Shown: positions 1-8,727 of the stretch, piece by piece | Numbering within the stretch: position 1 is the stretch's first letter | How the letters are laid out: every line of letters begins with the position of its first letter | From: an uncultured Candidatus Saccharibacteria bacterium | GTDB lineage: Bacteria > Patescibacteriota > Minisyncoccia > Phycocordibacterales > JAKFXT01 | Assembly (NCBI GenBank): GCA_964541455.1 | Contig: CAZIPS010000003.1 | Span: 2,663 to 66,662, forward strand | Length of the DNA stretch: 64,000 nt | Reading direction: 5' to 3' | Translations under genes and position numbers: made by a program | The notes under the pieces: model-generated | The model's input: only the letters and a program-made list of their open reading frames with translations | Databases searched by the model: none | Told to the model about the DNA's origin: nothing

Positions 1-711
1 CACCTTATCTGGTTTTACCTTGCTATAGACCGCTACACCACTATAGCCCTTACGGGTTTGAGATGAAGAGAAGTACTTGTGATAACCAACAAGTGAGATA
101 AGCTCTTCTGGCGCCTGACTCTCCTCGCATTTTGTCTCTTGAAAACAGAAAATGTCTGGAGATTCTTTAATAAGCCAAGCGAGTGCCCCCTTCCTATGCA
201 CTGCCCGTAGCCCGTTTACATTCCATGAGATAATGTTCATTCTGCCAATTTTAGCATATGCTTATGTGAGTCACTTACTTACGAGGAGTAAGTCGTGTAC
301 CTATACGTTCTGCAACTGGGAGAAAACGGCCCCTGGGCCTGTAACATCAAAATGATCGAAAGGGTAATCGATCACCTTGGTGTTGTCCCCTTTGGGGTAT
401 GGCTTATCGAAGATGACAGGGGTCCTTCACTTTACTTTGGGGAAAAGCCAACTTTTTGTGCCGACCCAGAACTTCTCACTTCCTACACTTCCATACGAGC
501 GGCAGTATGGGGAGAATATGGTGAATTTGGGTATGAAGAGCTCTATCTTACCTTTGGCTTCTATGAAACAGAGACAGGGGAAGAAGAGTATCAATGGACC
601 ATAAGCCTGAACAACGAACTAATCGTCATGAGAAGAGAAGCGAGAAAGGAAGGTCTTCGGGAACAGACAATTCGAATCAAGATCTGAAACGCGAGGGAGG
701 CCTCGCGTTAT

Positions 712-1629
712 TTATTTTCCACCACTATGAAACTTTTTATGAATTTCACGAAGATGTGAGTCCGTAACGTGTGTATATATTTGCGTGGTGCCAATATTAG
801 CGTGTCCTAGAAGTGCCTGTACACTACGTAGATCCGCACCATTACTAAGTAAGTCAGTGGCGAATGCATGACGAAGGGTGTGGGGAGTGACTTTACTTGT
901 GATCCCAGCTCTCGCTACATATTTTTTCAAATGTCGCTGCACATCACGAGGAATAATGCGGTGCACCTTCTTGTCTCTTCCATCCACAAACAAAGCTTCC
1001 TCCATATCGCTCCTTGCCTTTAAATATTCTCGCACCGCCTCCTTAGCAATAGGGGAGAGGAACACTACGCGCACCTTTTCTCCCTTACCACGTACCGAGA
1101 CCTCATCACGAGAGAGGTCTATATCACTATTGAGCGCACAAAGTTCAGAAACGCGAAGCCCTGTTGAAAAAAGAAGTTCGAGAATTGCTCGATCACGCAA
1201 TAGCGCTCGGCGTTTATGAGGATCTTTTTCTTTGGCAAGCGCCTCACTTGGTGCATTGCGTAGTCGCTCAAACTCACTCTGCGTCATAAGATCAAGTTGT
1301 CTTTCAGGGAGCTTCGGTAGCTCTATTTTCTCAGGGGAAACCGCGGCAATATCGCGCTTACGCAAAAACTTAAGGAAGGCGCGAATAGCAATGATGTAAT
1401 AGTTCTGTGTACGCCGCTTCATAGAGTCTCGCCCCGTACCCGCTTGCCTATTGAGCCAAAGCCTGAAATCACGGATATTTTGCTCAGTGATATCCGCTGC
1501 CCTAGCAAGCTTCATTTGACTGAAATAACGCGTAAGGTAGCGATCATAGTTCTCGATCGTTTTGACCGCTCGTCCCTTTTCTATTTCGAGATATTCAAGG
1601 AATTGGCGTTTAAGAGTTTCGATTTCCAT
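712..1629 (-). CDS. Tyrosine site-specific recombinase, XerC/XerD family
   Basis: 305 aa. N-terminal SAM-like core-binding domain and C-terminal catalytic motifs (HTLRHAFATDLL ... LLGHANIGTTQIYTHV) typical of Xer recombinases. Confidence 0.85.
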   Translation of the reverse strand: MEIETLKRQFLEYLEIEKGRAVKTIENYDRYLTRYFSQMKLARAADITEQNIRDFRLWLNRQAGTGRDSMKRRTQNYYIIAIRAFLKFLRKRDIAAVSPEKIELPKLPERQLDLMTQSEFERLRNAPSEALAKEKDPHKRRALLRDRAILELLFSTGLRVSELCALNSDIDLSRDEVSVRGKGEKVRVVFLSPIAKEAVREYLKARSDMEEALFVDGRDKKVHRIIPRDVQRHLKKYVARAGITSKVTPHTLRHAFATDLLSNGADLRSVQALLGHANIGTTQIYTHVTDSHLREIHKKFHSGGK

Positions 1630-1634
1630 AGGCT

Positions 1635-2099
1635 TTATTTTTTAGTTAAAACAAGAACAACTCGGGGCTCCCCATCACCAAAATAATTTTCCTTTCTCGA
1701 CTCAAGAGTAAATCCAAAAGAATTGTATAAGCTAAGAGCGACCTTGTTGTTAGGGTGAGTAACCAAATCAATCCTTTTGAAATCTTCCAGCATTTCTAGT
1801 AATTTAGCTAAAGCCGCCCGAGCAATGCCGCGACCCTGAAAAAGAGGGTCAACTACCAAACCACTAATATAAGCATGGTCGTTTTCTTTTTTTTGGTAAG
1901 AAATACTACCAACTATCGTATTTTCATAAACTATAAAATACACAATTCCATTTTTTAGCTCTTCTTCCCACTCTTCGTAGGTTAGTAATGCACTGTAAAG
2001 AGGAGTTACTCCAATACTCTTCTCAACATCTATTAGACTTGAAATGTCTTCCTTTGCGGCTCTCTTTAAATCAATTGGCATAATTTTAGTTTGTCGCAC
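1635..2099 (-). CDS. GNAT family N-acetyltransferase (RimI-like)
   Basis: 154 aa with the acetyl-CoA binding motif LVVDPLFQGRGIARAAL. The start may instead be an internal Met (MPIDL). Confidence 0.7.
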   Translation of the reverse strand: MRQTKIMPIDLKRAAKEDISSLIDVEKSIGVTPLYSALLTYEEWEEELKNGIVYFIVYENTIVGSISYQKKENDHAYISGLVVDPLFQGRGIARAALAKLLEMLEDFKRIDLVTHPNNKVALSLYNSFGFTLESRKENYFGDGEPRVVLVLTKK

Positions 2100-2388
2100 A
2101 ATAATTTTACCATACGATCTACTCTAGTTTCTGTGCTACACTTATTCATATGATAGAAAACCCACTTGAAAACCCTCGACGAGAGGCTATTAGGAACGCA
2201 GGGGATGAGGAGCTGGCTCTTTGGGAAGAAATAACGCGTGACGAAGGGGAGGTATCTCCTTTTGCCGCAAATATTCCCTTCGACCGACCAGAAATTGTCG
2301 CCGAAATAACCCGCCGCCGAGAAGAAATGGAGGACGAGGGCACCTCAATACCCGCAACTTCCTAGTAAATACCCCCTAGAGCTAAGGG

Positions 2389-2417
2389 TTGTCAAAGTGG
2401 GGTAAACCTGCTAGTAT
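2389..2417 (+). promoter_or_regulatory. Putative sigma70 promoter of rpsO (TTGTCA-17-TAGTAT) ending about 7 nt before the ATG, implying a leaderless or near-leaderless transcript
   Basis: -35 TTGTCA at 2389-2394, a 17-nt spacer, -10 TAGTAT at 2412-2417. The ATG is at 2425 and no Shine-Dalgarno sits between. Confidence 0.45.
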
Positions 2418-2424
2418 AGTCCCA

Positions 2425-2688
2425 ATGCTTACTAAGAAGAAAAAGGAAAAAGTAATCAAAGAAGTCCAGCTTCATAAGAATGATACTGGGTCTCCTGAAG
2501 TGCAAATTTCAATACTTTCAAAGAGTATCGACGAACTTGCTTCCCACCTTAAGAAAAATCCTAAGGACAAGCATAGTCGTCGTGGACTCCTCCAAATGGT
2601 TGCTGACCGCCGTGTTCATCTTGCCTACCTTAAAAAGAAAAGCGAGAAGCGTTACAACGTGGTAGTACGCAAACTTGAGCTTAAGTAA
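2425..2688 (+). CDS. rpsO: 30S ribosomal protein S15
   Basis: Translation MLTKKKKEKVIKEVQLHKNDTGSPEVQISILSKSIDELASHLKKNPKDKHSRRGLLQMVADRRVHLAYLKK is a clear S15. The ORF-track start at 2389 is an upstream extension. Confidence 0.9.
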   Translation: MLTKKKKEKVIKEVQLHKNDTGSPEVQISILSKSIDELASHLKKNPKDKHSRRGLLQMVADRRVHLAYLKKKSEKRYNVVVRKLELK

Positions 2689-2796
2689 GCAGTAGAGACG
2701 AAACACTTTTCGCCTCGTATTCGAAAATATTTTAATACGTATAGATCGCTATTTTTCGAATAGCACTTTTAATACATTAGTGCGATCTTTAAATAC

Positions 2797-3405
2797 ATGA
2801 GTGTTATAAAACACAAAGAACAGCGCGTAGGAATGTTTATAGACGCGCAGAACCTTTATCACAGCGCCAAGAATCTCTATCATGGCAAAGTAAACTTTGG
2901 CAATGTTGTGAAGGACGCTATTGCTGGCCGCTCTGTTATCCGCGTAGTAGCGTATGTTATTACTACTGAGTCAGGTGAAGAGAAAACTTTTTTCGAAGCA
3001 CTTGAGAAACTTGGTATCGAAACTAAAACCAAGGACCTCCAGATTTTCTGGGGCGGTGCTAAAAAAGCTGATTGGGATGTAGGACTTGCGGTAGATGCTA
3101 TCCGTCTTGCACCGAAGCTTGATACGGTTATTTTAGCAACTGGAGACGGAGACTTCTGTCCACTTGTTGAATATTTGAAACATAATGAGGGCTGTCAGGT
3201 AGAAGTAGTTTCATTCGGTAAATCTACTTCAAGCAAACTCAAAGAAGTGGCTGATGACTTCTTTGACCTTTCAGAAAACCCCCGCAAGTATCTTATAGGC
3301 GGCAACACGCGTAGTGGGGGGAGTCGTCGCGGCTACCGCACTCCGGAGCAAATCCTTGCAGAAGCAGAAGAGAAAGGCGATATTGAAGAAATAACTGAAG
3401 CGTAG
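2797..3405 (+). CDS. NYN-domain (LabA-like, PIN-fold) putative ribonuclease
   Basis: 202 aa with NYN hallmarks: FIDAQNLYHS, VVAYV, the LATGDGDF acidic motif and VVSFG. Confidence 0.7.
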   Translation: MSVIKHKEQRVGMFIDAQNLYHSAKNLYHGKVNFGNVVKDAIAGRSVIRVVAYVITTESGEEKTFFEALEKLGIETKTKDLQIFWGGAKKADWDVGLAVDAIRLAPKLDTVILATGDGDFCPLVEYLKHNEGCQVEVVSFGKSTSSKLKEVADDFFDLSENPRKYLIGGNTRSGGSRRGYRTPEQILAEAEEKGDIEEITEA

Positions 3406-3418
3406 ATCATAAAAGTAA

Positions 3419-3450
3419 AACCCCTCCGCCACAAAGTGGCGGAGGGGTTT
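3419..3450 (+). terminator. Rho-independent terminator downstream of the NYN gene
   Basis: Inverted repeat CCCCTCCGCC ... GGCGGAGGGG followed by a T-run. Confidence 0.7.
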
Positions 3451-3523
3451 TACTTTTAACCTATTTTATGGCAGAATATAAAAAGTCAAATTTTGTTCCG
3501 GCCCTAAAAGGAGGGGTCACACA

Positions 3524-3958
3524 ATGGAATTGCAGCCAATAAACCAGTTTGCCTTTGCCCGAGCCGTGGCAGAGCTTTCTGGTGAAGGACCAGAGGTGGG
3601 GAGAAGCGGACTCTACACAACCTTCCCACAAGTCCCCGGGAAACCGGAGCTCCACTGCCTCACCACCGCCATGAAGTGGATTGGCGGACCGCGGCAGTCG
3701 GGCGAAGCCCAGCTCGTCGTCGTCGACAAGCTCCGCGAGCAGCCGGTTGCGGCGCTCATGTGGACCATGACTACATCAGGACCCACACGAGAGTTCGTCG
3801 TCGACCTCGGATTCGGAGTTTCCTCCGACCCGAAGTGGAACCTCTTCCTTGGAAAGCTCAAGGAAATCGCCGAGCAAATCGGCGAGCCGCCCGAACGTTT
3901 CCGGCAAGAAGTCGGCGAGATCCTGTCCATCATCCACATGCTCGGTGTGGCGGCCTAA
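3524..3958 (+). CDS. Hypothetical protein, GC-rich cassette A (144 aa, cytoplasmic, no recognisable domain)
   Basis: ORF of about 62% GC against a background near 42%. A strong SD (AAAGGAGGGG) lies 7 nt upstream of the ATG and the cassette has its own terminator. The antisense ORFs in this region are GC artefacts. Confidence 0.6.
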   Translation: MELQPINQFAFARAVAELSGEGPEVGRSGLYTTFPQVPGKPELHCLTTAMKWIGGPRQSGEAQLVVVDKLREQPVAALMWTMTTSGPTREFVVDLGFGVSSDPKWNLFLGKLKEIAEQIGEPPERFRQEVGEILSIIHMLGVAA

Positions 3959-3979
3959 CCGCCCCATCGAGCAAAACCC

Positions 3980-4006
3980 CGCCCGTCAAGGGCGGTTTTT
4001 TTATGT
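3980..4006 (+). terminator. Intrinsic terminator of cassette A
   Basis: CCGCCCGTCAAGGGCGG followed by TTTTTTT. Confidence 0.75.
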
Positions 4007-4081
4007 TACTTTTATTTTCGCCCTATTTAAGGTAAGAATAGTGAAGCTTATTTGTTCCTAGGCCCCACGAGGTGGCCATAC

Positions 4082-4519
4082 ATGGATCCCGCTGAACTTA
4101 CCCGAATCACAGTTCGTCTTTTCAATCGACTCGTCTTCAAGTATGAAGGGACCCTTCCCAAGAAAAGTAGTGGGGACGTTGTTTCAACCCTTGTTTTAAC
4201 TGGGGAGAACCTCACCCTTAGCATCCACCCCTGGCGGCGCACATCAAGACCAGAAAAAATGGTGTATTTCTCGATTTCCTCGACAAGATGCCGCGTCCCC
4301 GTACTTTCGATCTGGCTTGATGACGAGGCTACCACCCGTATTTCGGTCGTTTCCGGCCCAACTGCCCTTAAGGGGAAGGAGTTTTCATTCCTTCTTACCC
4401 TCCAAAGGGAGGCTCTCGAAGTCTTTGACGATCACCCGTTCCTCTTCCCCGAAAACGACTTTGGGAAGTGGATACACCTCTGTGGGCACACCACCCTCCT
4501 TCTGATGCGAGGGAATTAA
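4082..4519 (+). CDS. Hypothetical protein, GC-rich cassette B (about 146 aa from ATG 4082; the ORF track starts at an upstream TTG)
   Basis: About 50% GC, with SD GAGGTGG 6 nt upstream of ATG 4082 and its own terminator. No recognisable domain. Confidence 0.5.
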   Translation: MDPAELTRITVRLFNRLVFKYEGTLPKKSSGDVVSTLVLTGENLTLSIHPWRRTSRPEKMVYFSISSTRCRVPVLSIWLDDEATTRISVVSGPTALKGKEFSFLLTLQREALEVFDDHPFLFPENDFGKWIHLCGHTTLLLMRGN

Positions 4520-4540
4520 GGTGAACCTATTCACTTAGCA

Positions 4541-4566
4541 TCACTGCCACGGCGCCAGAAAGACGG
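4541..4566 (+). terminator. Intrinsic terminator of cassette B
   Basis: GGCGCC-AGAAAGAC-GGCGCC followed by GTTTTTT. Confidence 0.7.
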
Positions 4567-4726
4567 CGCCGTTTTTTATTACAATAACGTACTCATAAAC
4601 AACTACCTTAAATTTTGCTACAGTAAGGACATTATTTATTAAAAAGGTCTTTCTATATGTAGATTTCAAAATAAGCTAACAGTAAGTGCTTATTTTTAAG
4701 TCTGACTTAGGAAGATCGTAAAACAT

Positions 4727-6871
4727 ATGCAGAAAAAAATATATAGTTGCGAGTGGGCAGGTAAAACATTGAGTGCTGAGTTTACTGATCTCGCTGATCA
4801 AACAAATGGGTCTGTCATGATCCGTTATGGAGCTACGGTTGTACTTGGTACCGTGGTCATGAGCAAACATGATAAAGAAGGGCTTGAGTATTTCCCCTTG
4901 ACTGTTGACTATGATGAAAAGTTTTATGCTTCAGGGCAAATATTAGGAAGCCAATATGTTCGCCGCGAAGGACGCCCCACCGAAGAAGCGATTCTTCGCG
5001 GTCGTATTGTTGATCGCACTATTCGTCCACTATTCCCCTCGCATATTCGCCGCGATGTGCATGTGGTTATCACAACGCTTGCTATCGACCAAGATGATCC
5101 TGATGTACTTGCAGTACTTGCTGCCTCCCTCTCACTTGCCATCTCTAATATCCCTTGGAATGGGCCGGTTGGAGCAGTGCGCATTAGCCGTAAAAGTGGA
5201 TCAACTGATTTTGAAATCAATCCCACCTTCAGCAATCGCCCCGATGATGAGATGGATATTGAAATGATCTGTTGCGGCAAAGAAGGCAATATCAATATGA
5301 TTGAAGTAGGAGCTAAGGAGATATCTGAAGCTGATATCGCTAAAGCATTCGATCTTGCAGCAACACATTTAAAAGTAATAGAGGATTTCCAACACAAAAT
5401 CATTGCCGAGCTTGGAAAAACAAAGCAAGAGTTTGTTAAAGAAGTACTTGGTAAAGAGGAGATTGCTTATTTTAATGAAATCATTACTCCAAAAATCGAT
5501 GCAGCCGTATTTTCTGGTCCTGGAGGAAAAGAAATCAATGCACTAAAAGATGAGTGGCTCACACTGTTTGCTGAAAAATTTCCAGAAGGGAAGAGGGTGC
5601 TTGCAGAAGAACACTATGAGGAAATTATTAACGAGGTTATTCATAAGGAAGCCATTCTTAATCAGCGCCGTGCTGATGGGCGAGGACTCGATGAAGTGCG
5701 CCCACTTTTTGCACAAGCGGGCGGTATTTCAGAAGCGCTCCATGGTACTGGTATTTTTTACCGTGGTGGAACACACATTTTCTCAGCGCTTACACTTGGA
5801 GGACCGGAAGACGCAATGACGCTCGACACTCTTATTGGCGTTGAGAAAAAACGTCACTTTATGCTCCACTACAACTTCCCACCTTTTTCTTCAGGTGAGA
5901 CCGGACGCATGGGGGGCACCAATCGTCGTATGATTGGACATGGTGCACTTGCTGAAAAAGCACTTAGAGCAGTCGTTCCTGAACGAGAAGTATTTCCCTA
6001 CACTATCCGTATTGTTTCTGAAAGCATGGCTTCAAATGGATCAACCTCGATGGGGTCAGTGTGTGCGGGAACATTAGCGCTCATGGATGGGGGAGTGCCT
6101 ATTACCGCCCCTGTTGCTGGTATTGCTTCAGGACTTATGATGGAAACGCCGGAGCATTACGCCCTCCTCACTGATATCCAAGGCCCAGAAGATCATCATG
6201 GGGACATGGATTTCAAAGTAGCGGGCACCACTAAAGGCGTTACTGCTATTCAAATGGATGTAAAAGTGGGCGGGATTCCAATTCCCATTCTTGTAGAAGC
6301 ACTCGAGAAAGCCCGTCTTGCACGACTCCATATTTTAAAGACTATGCTTGAAGCACTCCCTGAAGCACGCAAAGACATTTCACCAAGGGCACCAAAAATT
6401 GTAGTGCTAAAAATAAACAAAGAGCAGATTGGACTTGTTATTGGCAGCGGAGGAAAAACAATCAACGAGATCAGAGAAAAGACAGGAACTGAAATTACTA
6501 TTGAGGATGATGGAGTGGTGTATATCACCGGTAAAAACGGGGGGGCAGAAAAAGCCAAAGCGATTATTGAGGCTATGACCCATGAATACAGAGCAGGAGA
6601 AAAAGTGATGGGTACCATAACCAAAATAGTTGATTTTGGTGCTTTTGTTAAGTTTGGCTTTAACAACGAAGGCCTTGTGCACATTTCAGAAATTGCCCCT
6701 TTTCGCATAGAAGTGATAGGTAATCACTTAAAAGAGGGTATGGAGGTACCGCTTGTTATAAAAGGAACCGATGAGCGTGGGAAAATTTCCCTCTCCATAA
6801 AACAAGCTGATGCAACATTCGCAGAAAAGGTTGGCTTTGCCCCCAAGGCAACACCAGAGCAAAAGAATTAG
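4727..6871 (+). CDS. pnp: Polynucleotide phosphorylase (two RNase PH domains plus KH and S1)
   Basis: 714 aa with N-terminal PNPase motifs (FETGKLA-like core, GRPTEEAILRGRIVDRTIRPLFP), a C-terminal KH motif (GLVIGSGGKTINEI) and an S1 domain. Confidence 0.95.
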   Translation: MQKKIYSCEWAGKTLSAEFTDLADQTNGSVMIRYGATVVLGTVVMSKHDKEGLEYFPLTVDYDEKFYASGQILGSQYVRREGRPTEEAILRGRIVDRTIRPLFPSHIRRDVHVVITTLAIDQDDPDVLAVLAASLSLAISNIPWNGPVGAVRISRKSGSTDFEINPTFSNRPDDEMDIEMICCGKEGNINMIEVGAKEISEADIAKAFDLAATHLKVIEDFQHKIIAELGKTKQEFVKEVLGKEEIAYFNEIITPKIDAAVFSGPGGKEINALKDEWLTLFAEKFPEGKRVLAEEHYEEIINEVIHKEAILNQRRADGRGLDEVRPLFAQAGGISEALHGTGIFYRGGTHIFSALTLGGPEDAMTLDTLIGVEKKRHFMLHYNFPPFSSGETGRMGGTNRRMIGHGALAEKALRAVVPEREVFPYTIRIVSESMASNGSTSMGSVCAGTLALMDGGVPITAPVAGIASGLMMETPEHYALLTDIQGPEDHHGDMDFKVAGTTKGVTAIQMDVKVGGIPIPILVEALEKARLARLHILKTMLEALPEARKDISPRAPKIVVLKINKEQIGLVIGSGGKTINEIREKTGTEITIEDDGVVYITGKNGGAEKAKAIIEAMTHEYRAGEKVMGTITKIVDFGAFVKFGFNNEGLVHISEIAPFRIEVIGNHLKEGMEVPLVIKGTDERGKISLSIKQADATFAEKVGFAPKATPEQKN

Positions 6872-6931
6872 GAACCTTTTCACAAATACTTCTTAAAAGG
6901 GGAGGGGGTGCGATGCTATACTGAATAAATC

Positions 6932-8293
6932 ATGGCTGATGATCTCCAGAAACTTGTAGACTCGACACTTAAAGGCAGTTTGTCGCAGGCTTCGTCGCTT
7001 CCTAAAGAAGAGGAAGATGAGGACTCGAACCTCACTGCCGAAGAAAAGAAAGCAAAAGCCGATCTCCGCAAGGAAATAGAGAAGGATAACGACCAACCCT
7101 CAAAACAAGGAGATCGTGGAGAGAGCATACACCCCCCCACACCACAAGAAATCGCTGAAGCAGTCCGCCTTCACCAGACAAGAGCCCCTGAGGGAAAAGA
7201 GATTAGTGCCGAAATCGTTCCTCGCCCAAAAACAATTGCTGATCTTCTACACCTTGAAGCCGAAGTTGCCAAAAATCCTCCCAAAGCCGAGCCTGCCGGA
7301 ACTTCGAAAATCCGTGAGGGGCTTAAGAACATTACTGTCACTCAAAAAACAGATTCATCAATACTCAAAAAAATACGCACATTCAAGACAGATGTGGCCG
7401 AAGCCATGACGACAGGGAAGAGTACCTATATAGGTATAGCCACCGCCCAACTCCTCAAAAATAAAAAGGAGGAGACCTCCCAAGAAACGGTCATTGATAA
7501 AGAAAAACCAGCTCCGCCTCCTCGAGCACCTGAACCTGTTTTTGAAAAAGAACCTAGCCACTCTTTTACCCCATTTTTTATAGGTATTAGCCTTCTGCTT
7601 ATACTTTCAGGGGTTGGTGGGGTGGTGTATATACAATACATTAAAAACAGTCCTATAAGTGGCCCCGTAACTGCTGCTATTGCTTCACATTTTGTCCCCA
7701 CGCAATTTGAAACGATTATAGAAACAGAGGGAAAGAATGCTTCATATTTGCGTTCGGCTGTTGCTGCAGAACGCAAAGACGCGCCTGGTGAACTCAACAA
7801 CCTTGGCAATATCAAACTCGTAGAGAGTAAAGATGCCACTCCACTTAAAGAACTCACTACTTCTGATTTTATCGCCTCCTTTGGCATGCGCCCACCCACT
7901 GAACTACTGCGCACCCTTGATCCAACTTTTATCCTTGGTATACATCGATTCCCGGCAAATCAATCGTTTCTTATTTTTAAAACCGACACCTACGAAACCG
8001 CACGAGACGCCCTACGAGAGTGGGAAGTCACTACACTTGAAAGTGATGTGGCAAAATTACTCCGCTCTCCGTCTGACTTTGATCTGACAAGTGCCTCGAG
8101 TTCAAACCTTGTGCGCCAACCCTTTAGTGATCGCGTACTTAAAAACAAAGACTGCCGCGTACTCGTCGACAAACAGGGGGATGTTATTTTCTTCTATACC
8201 TTTATCGATCGTACGTATATTGTGTTTGGTAGTGATCCTGAAACACTTGGCGCCGTACTCACTAGCCTTGCGAGCCGCAAAGTAACACAATAA
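6932..8293 (+). CDS. Hypothetical single-pass membrane protein with a charged Lys/Glu-rich N-terminus and a Pro-rich segment
   Basis: 453 aa. Low-complexity acidic/basic N-terminus, PAPPPRAPEP stretch, one TM helix (FFIGISLLLILSGVGGVVYI), and a C-terminal globular part with no recognisable family. Confidence 0.5.
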   Translation: MADDLQKLVDSTLKGSLSQASSLPKEEEDEDSNLTAEEKKAKADLRKEIEKDNDQPSKQGDRGESIHPPTPQEIAEAVRLHQTRAPEGKEISAEIVPRPKTIADLLHLEAEVAKNPPKAEPAGTSKIREGLKNITVTQKTDSSILKKIRTFKTDVAEAMTTGKSTYIGIATAQLLKNKKEETSQETVIDKEKPAPPPRAPEPVFEKEPSHSFTPFFIGISLLLILSGVGGVVYIQYIKNSPISGPVTAAIASHFVPTQFETIIETEGKNASYLRSAVAAERKDAPGELNNLGNIKLVESKDATPLKELTTSDFIASFGMRPPTELLRTLDPTFILGIHRFPANQSFLIFKTDTYETARDALREWEVTTLESDVAKLLRSPSDFDLTSASSSNLVRQPFSDRVLKNKDCRVLVDKQGDVIFFYTFIDRTYIVFGSDPETLGAVLTSLASRKVTQ

Positions 8294-8301
8294 GCCTTTC
8301 A

Positions 8302-8721
8302 TTGCTTTTACTTTCTGCTTTGCTATCATGGCCATATATGACCATAGATATCCTACATTTTAAAACAAAGTTACTTGAGGAAATGCAGACGCTCGAAGAG
8401 GAGCTTACTTCTATTGGAGAGCGTAATCCAGAAAATAAGAATGATTGGCAGGCAAAGCCATCAGACCTTGAAGCAAATCCTATTGATGAAATTGAGCAGG
8501 CGGATGCCTTCGAAGAATTCGAGGCAAACACTGCCATCTTAAAGCAACTTGAGATTCGCTATAACGATGTAAAACTTGCTCTTAAGAGAATTGAAGAAGG
8601 GGCTTATGGTACTTGTGAAGTGTGTGCCACCCCTATTGAAACAGAAAGACTCGAAGCCAACCCCGCGGCCCGCACCTGCATTGCACACAAAGAAAAAGAA
8701 GCCGAACTTCGTACCGAATAA
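8302..8721 (+). CDS. DksA/TraR-family C4 zinc-finger protein
   Basis: C-terminal CEVCATPIETERLEANPAARTCIAH (CxxC...CxxC) preceded by a coiled-coil region. The true start may be the internal Met near 8338. Confidence 0.7.
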   Translation: MLLLSALLSWPYMTIDILHFKTKLLEEMQTLEEELTSIGERNPENKNDWQAKPSDLEANPIDEIEQADAFEEFEANTAILKQLEIRYNDVKLALKRIEEGAYGTCEVCATPIETERLEANPAARTCIAHKEKEAELRTE

Positions 8722-8727
8722 GTCCTC

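Noticed and set aside
152-687. Short ORFs at the window start (152-355, 295-687, 377-604)
   Set aside because: No recognisable product or expression signals. Possibly a gene fragment at the window edge, but not supportable.
3613-4061. Multiple overlapping ORFs in other frames and on the other strand (3613-3939, 3676-4035, 3776-3967, 3849-4061) inside cassette A
   Set aside because: High GC suppresses stop codons in all frames. These translate to Arg/Pro-rich low-complexity peptides with no SD. The sense-frame ORF 3524-3958 alone has SD and terminator context.
3524-4519. Calling cassettes A and B a specific toxin-antitoxin or defence system
   Set aside because: No recognisable nuclease, ATPase, HEPN, PIN or DNA-binding motif in either protein. 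Only the adjacency and foreign composition support a module, so it is left as a hypothesis.
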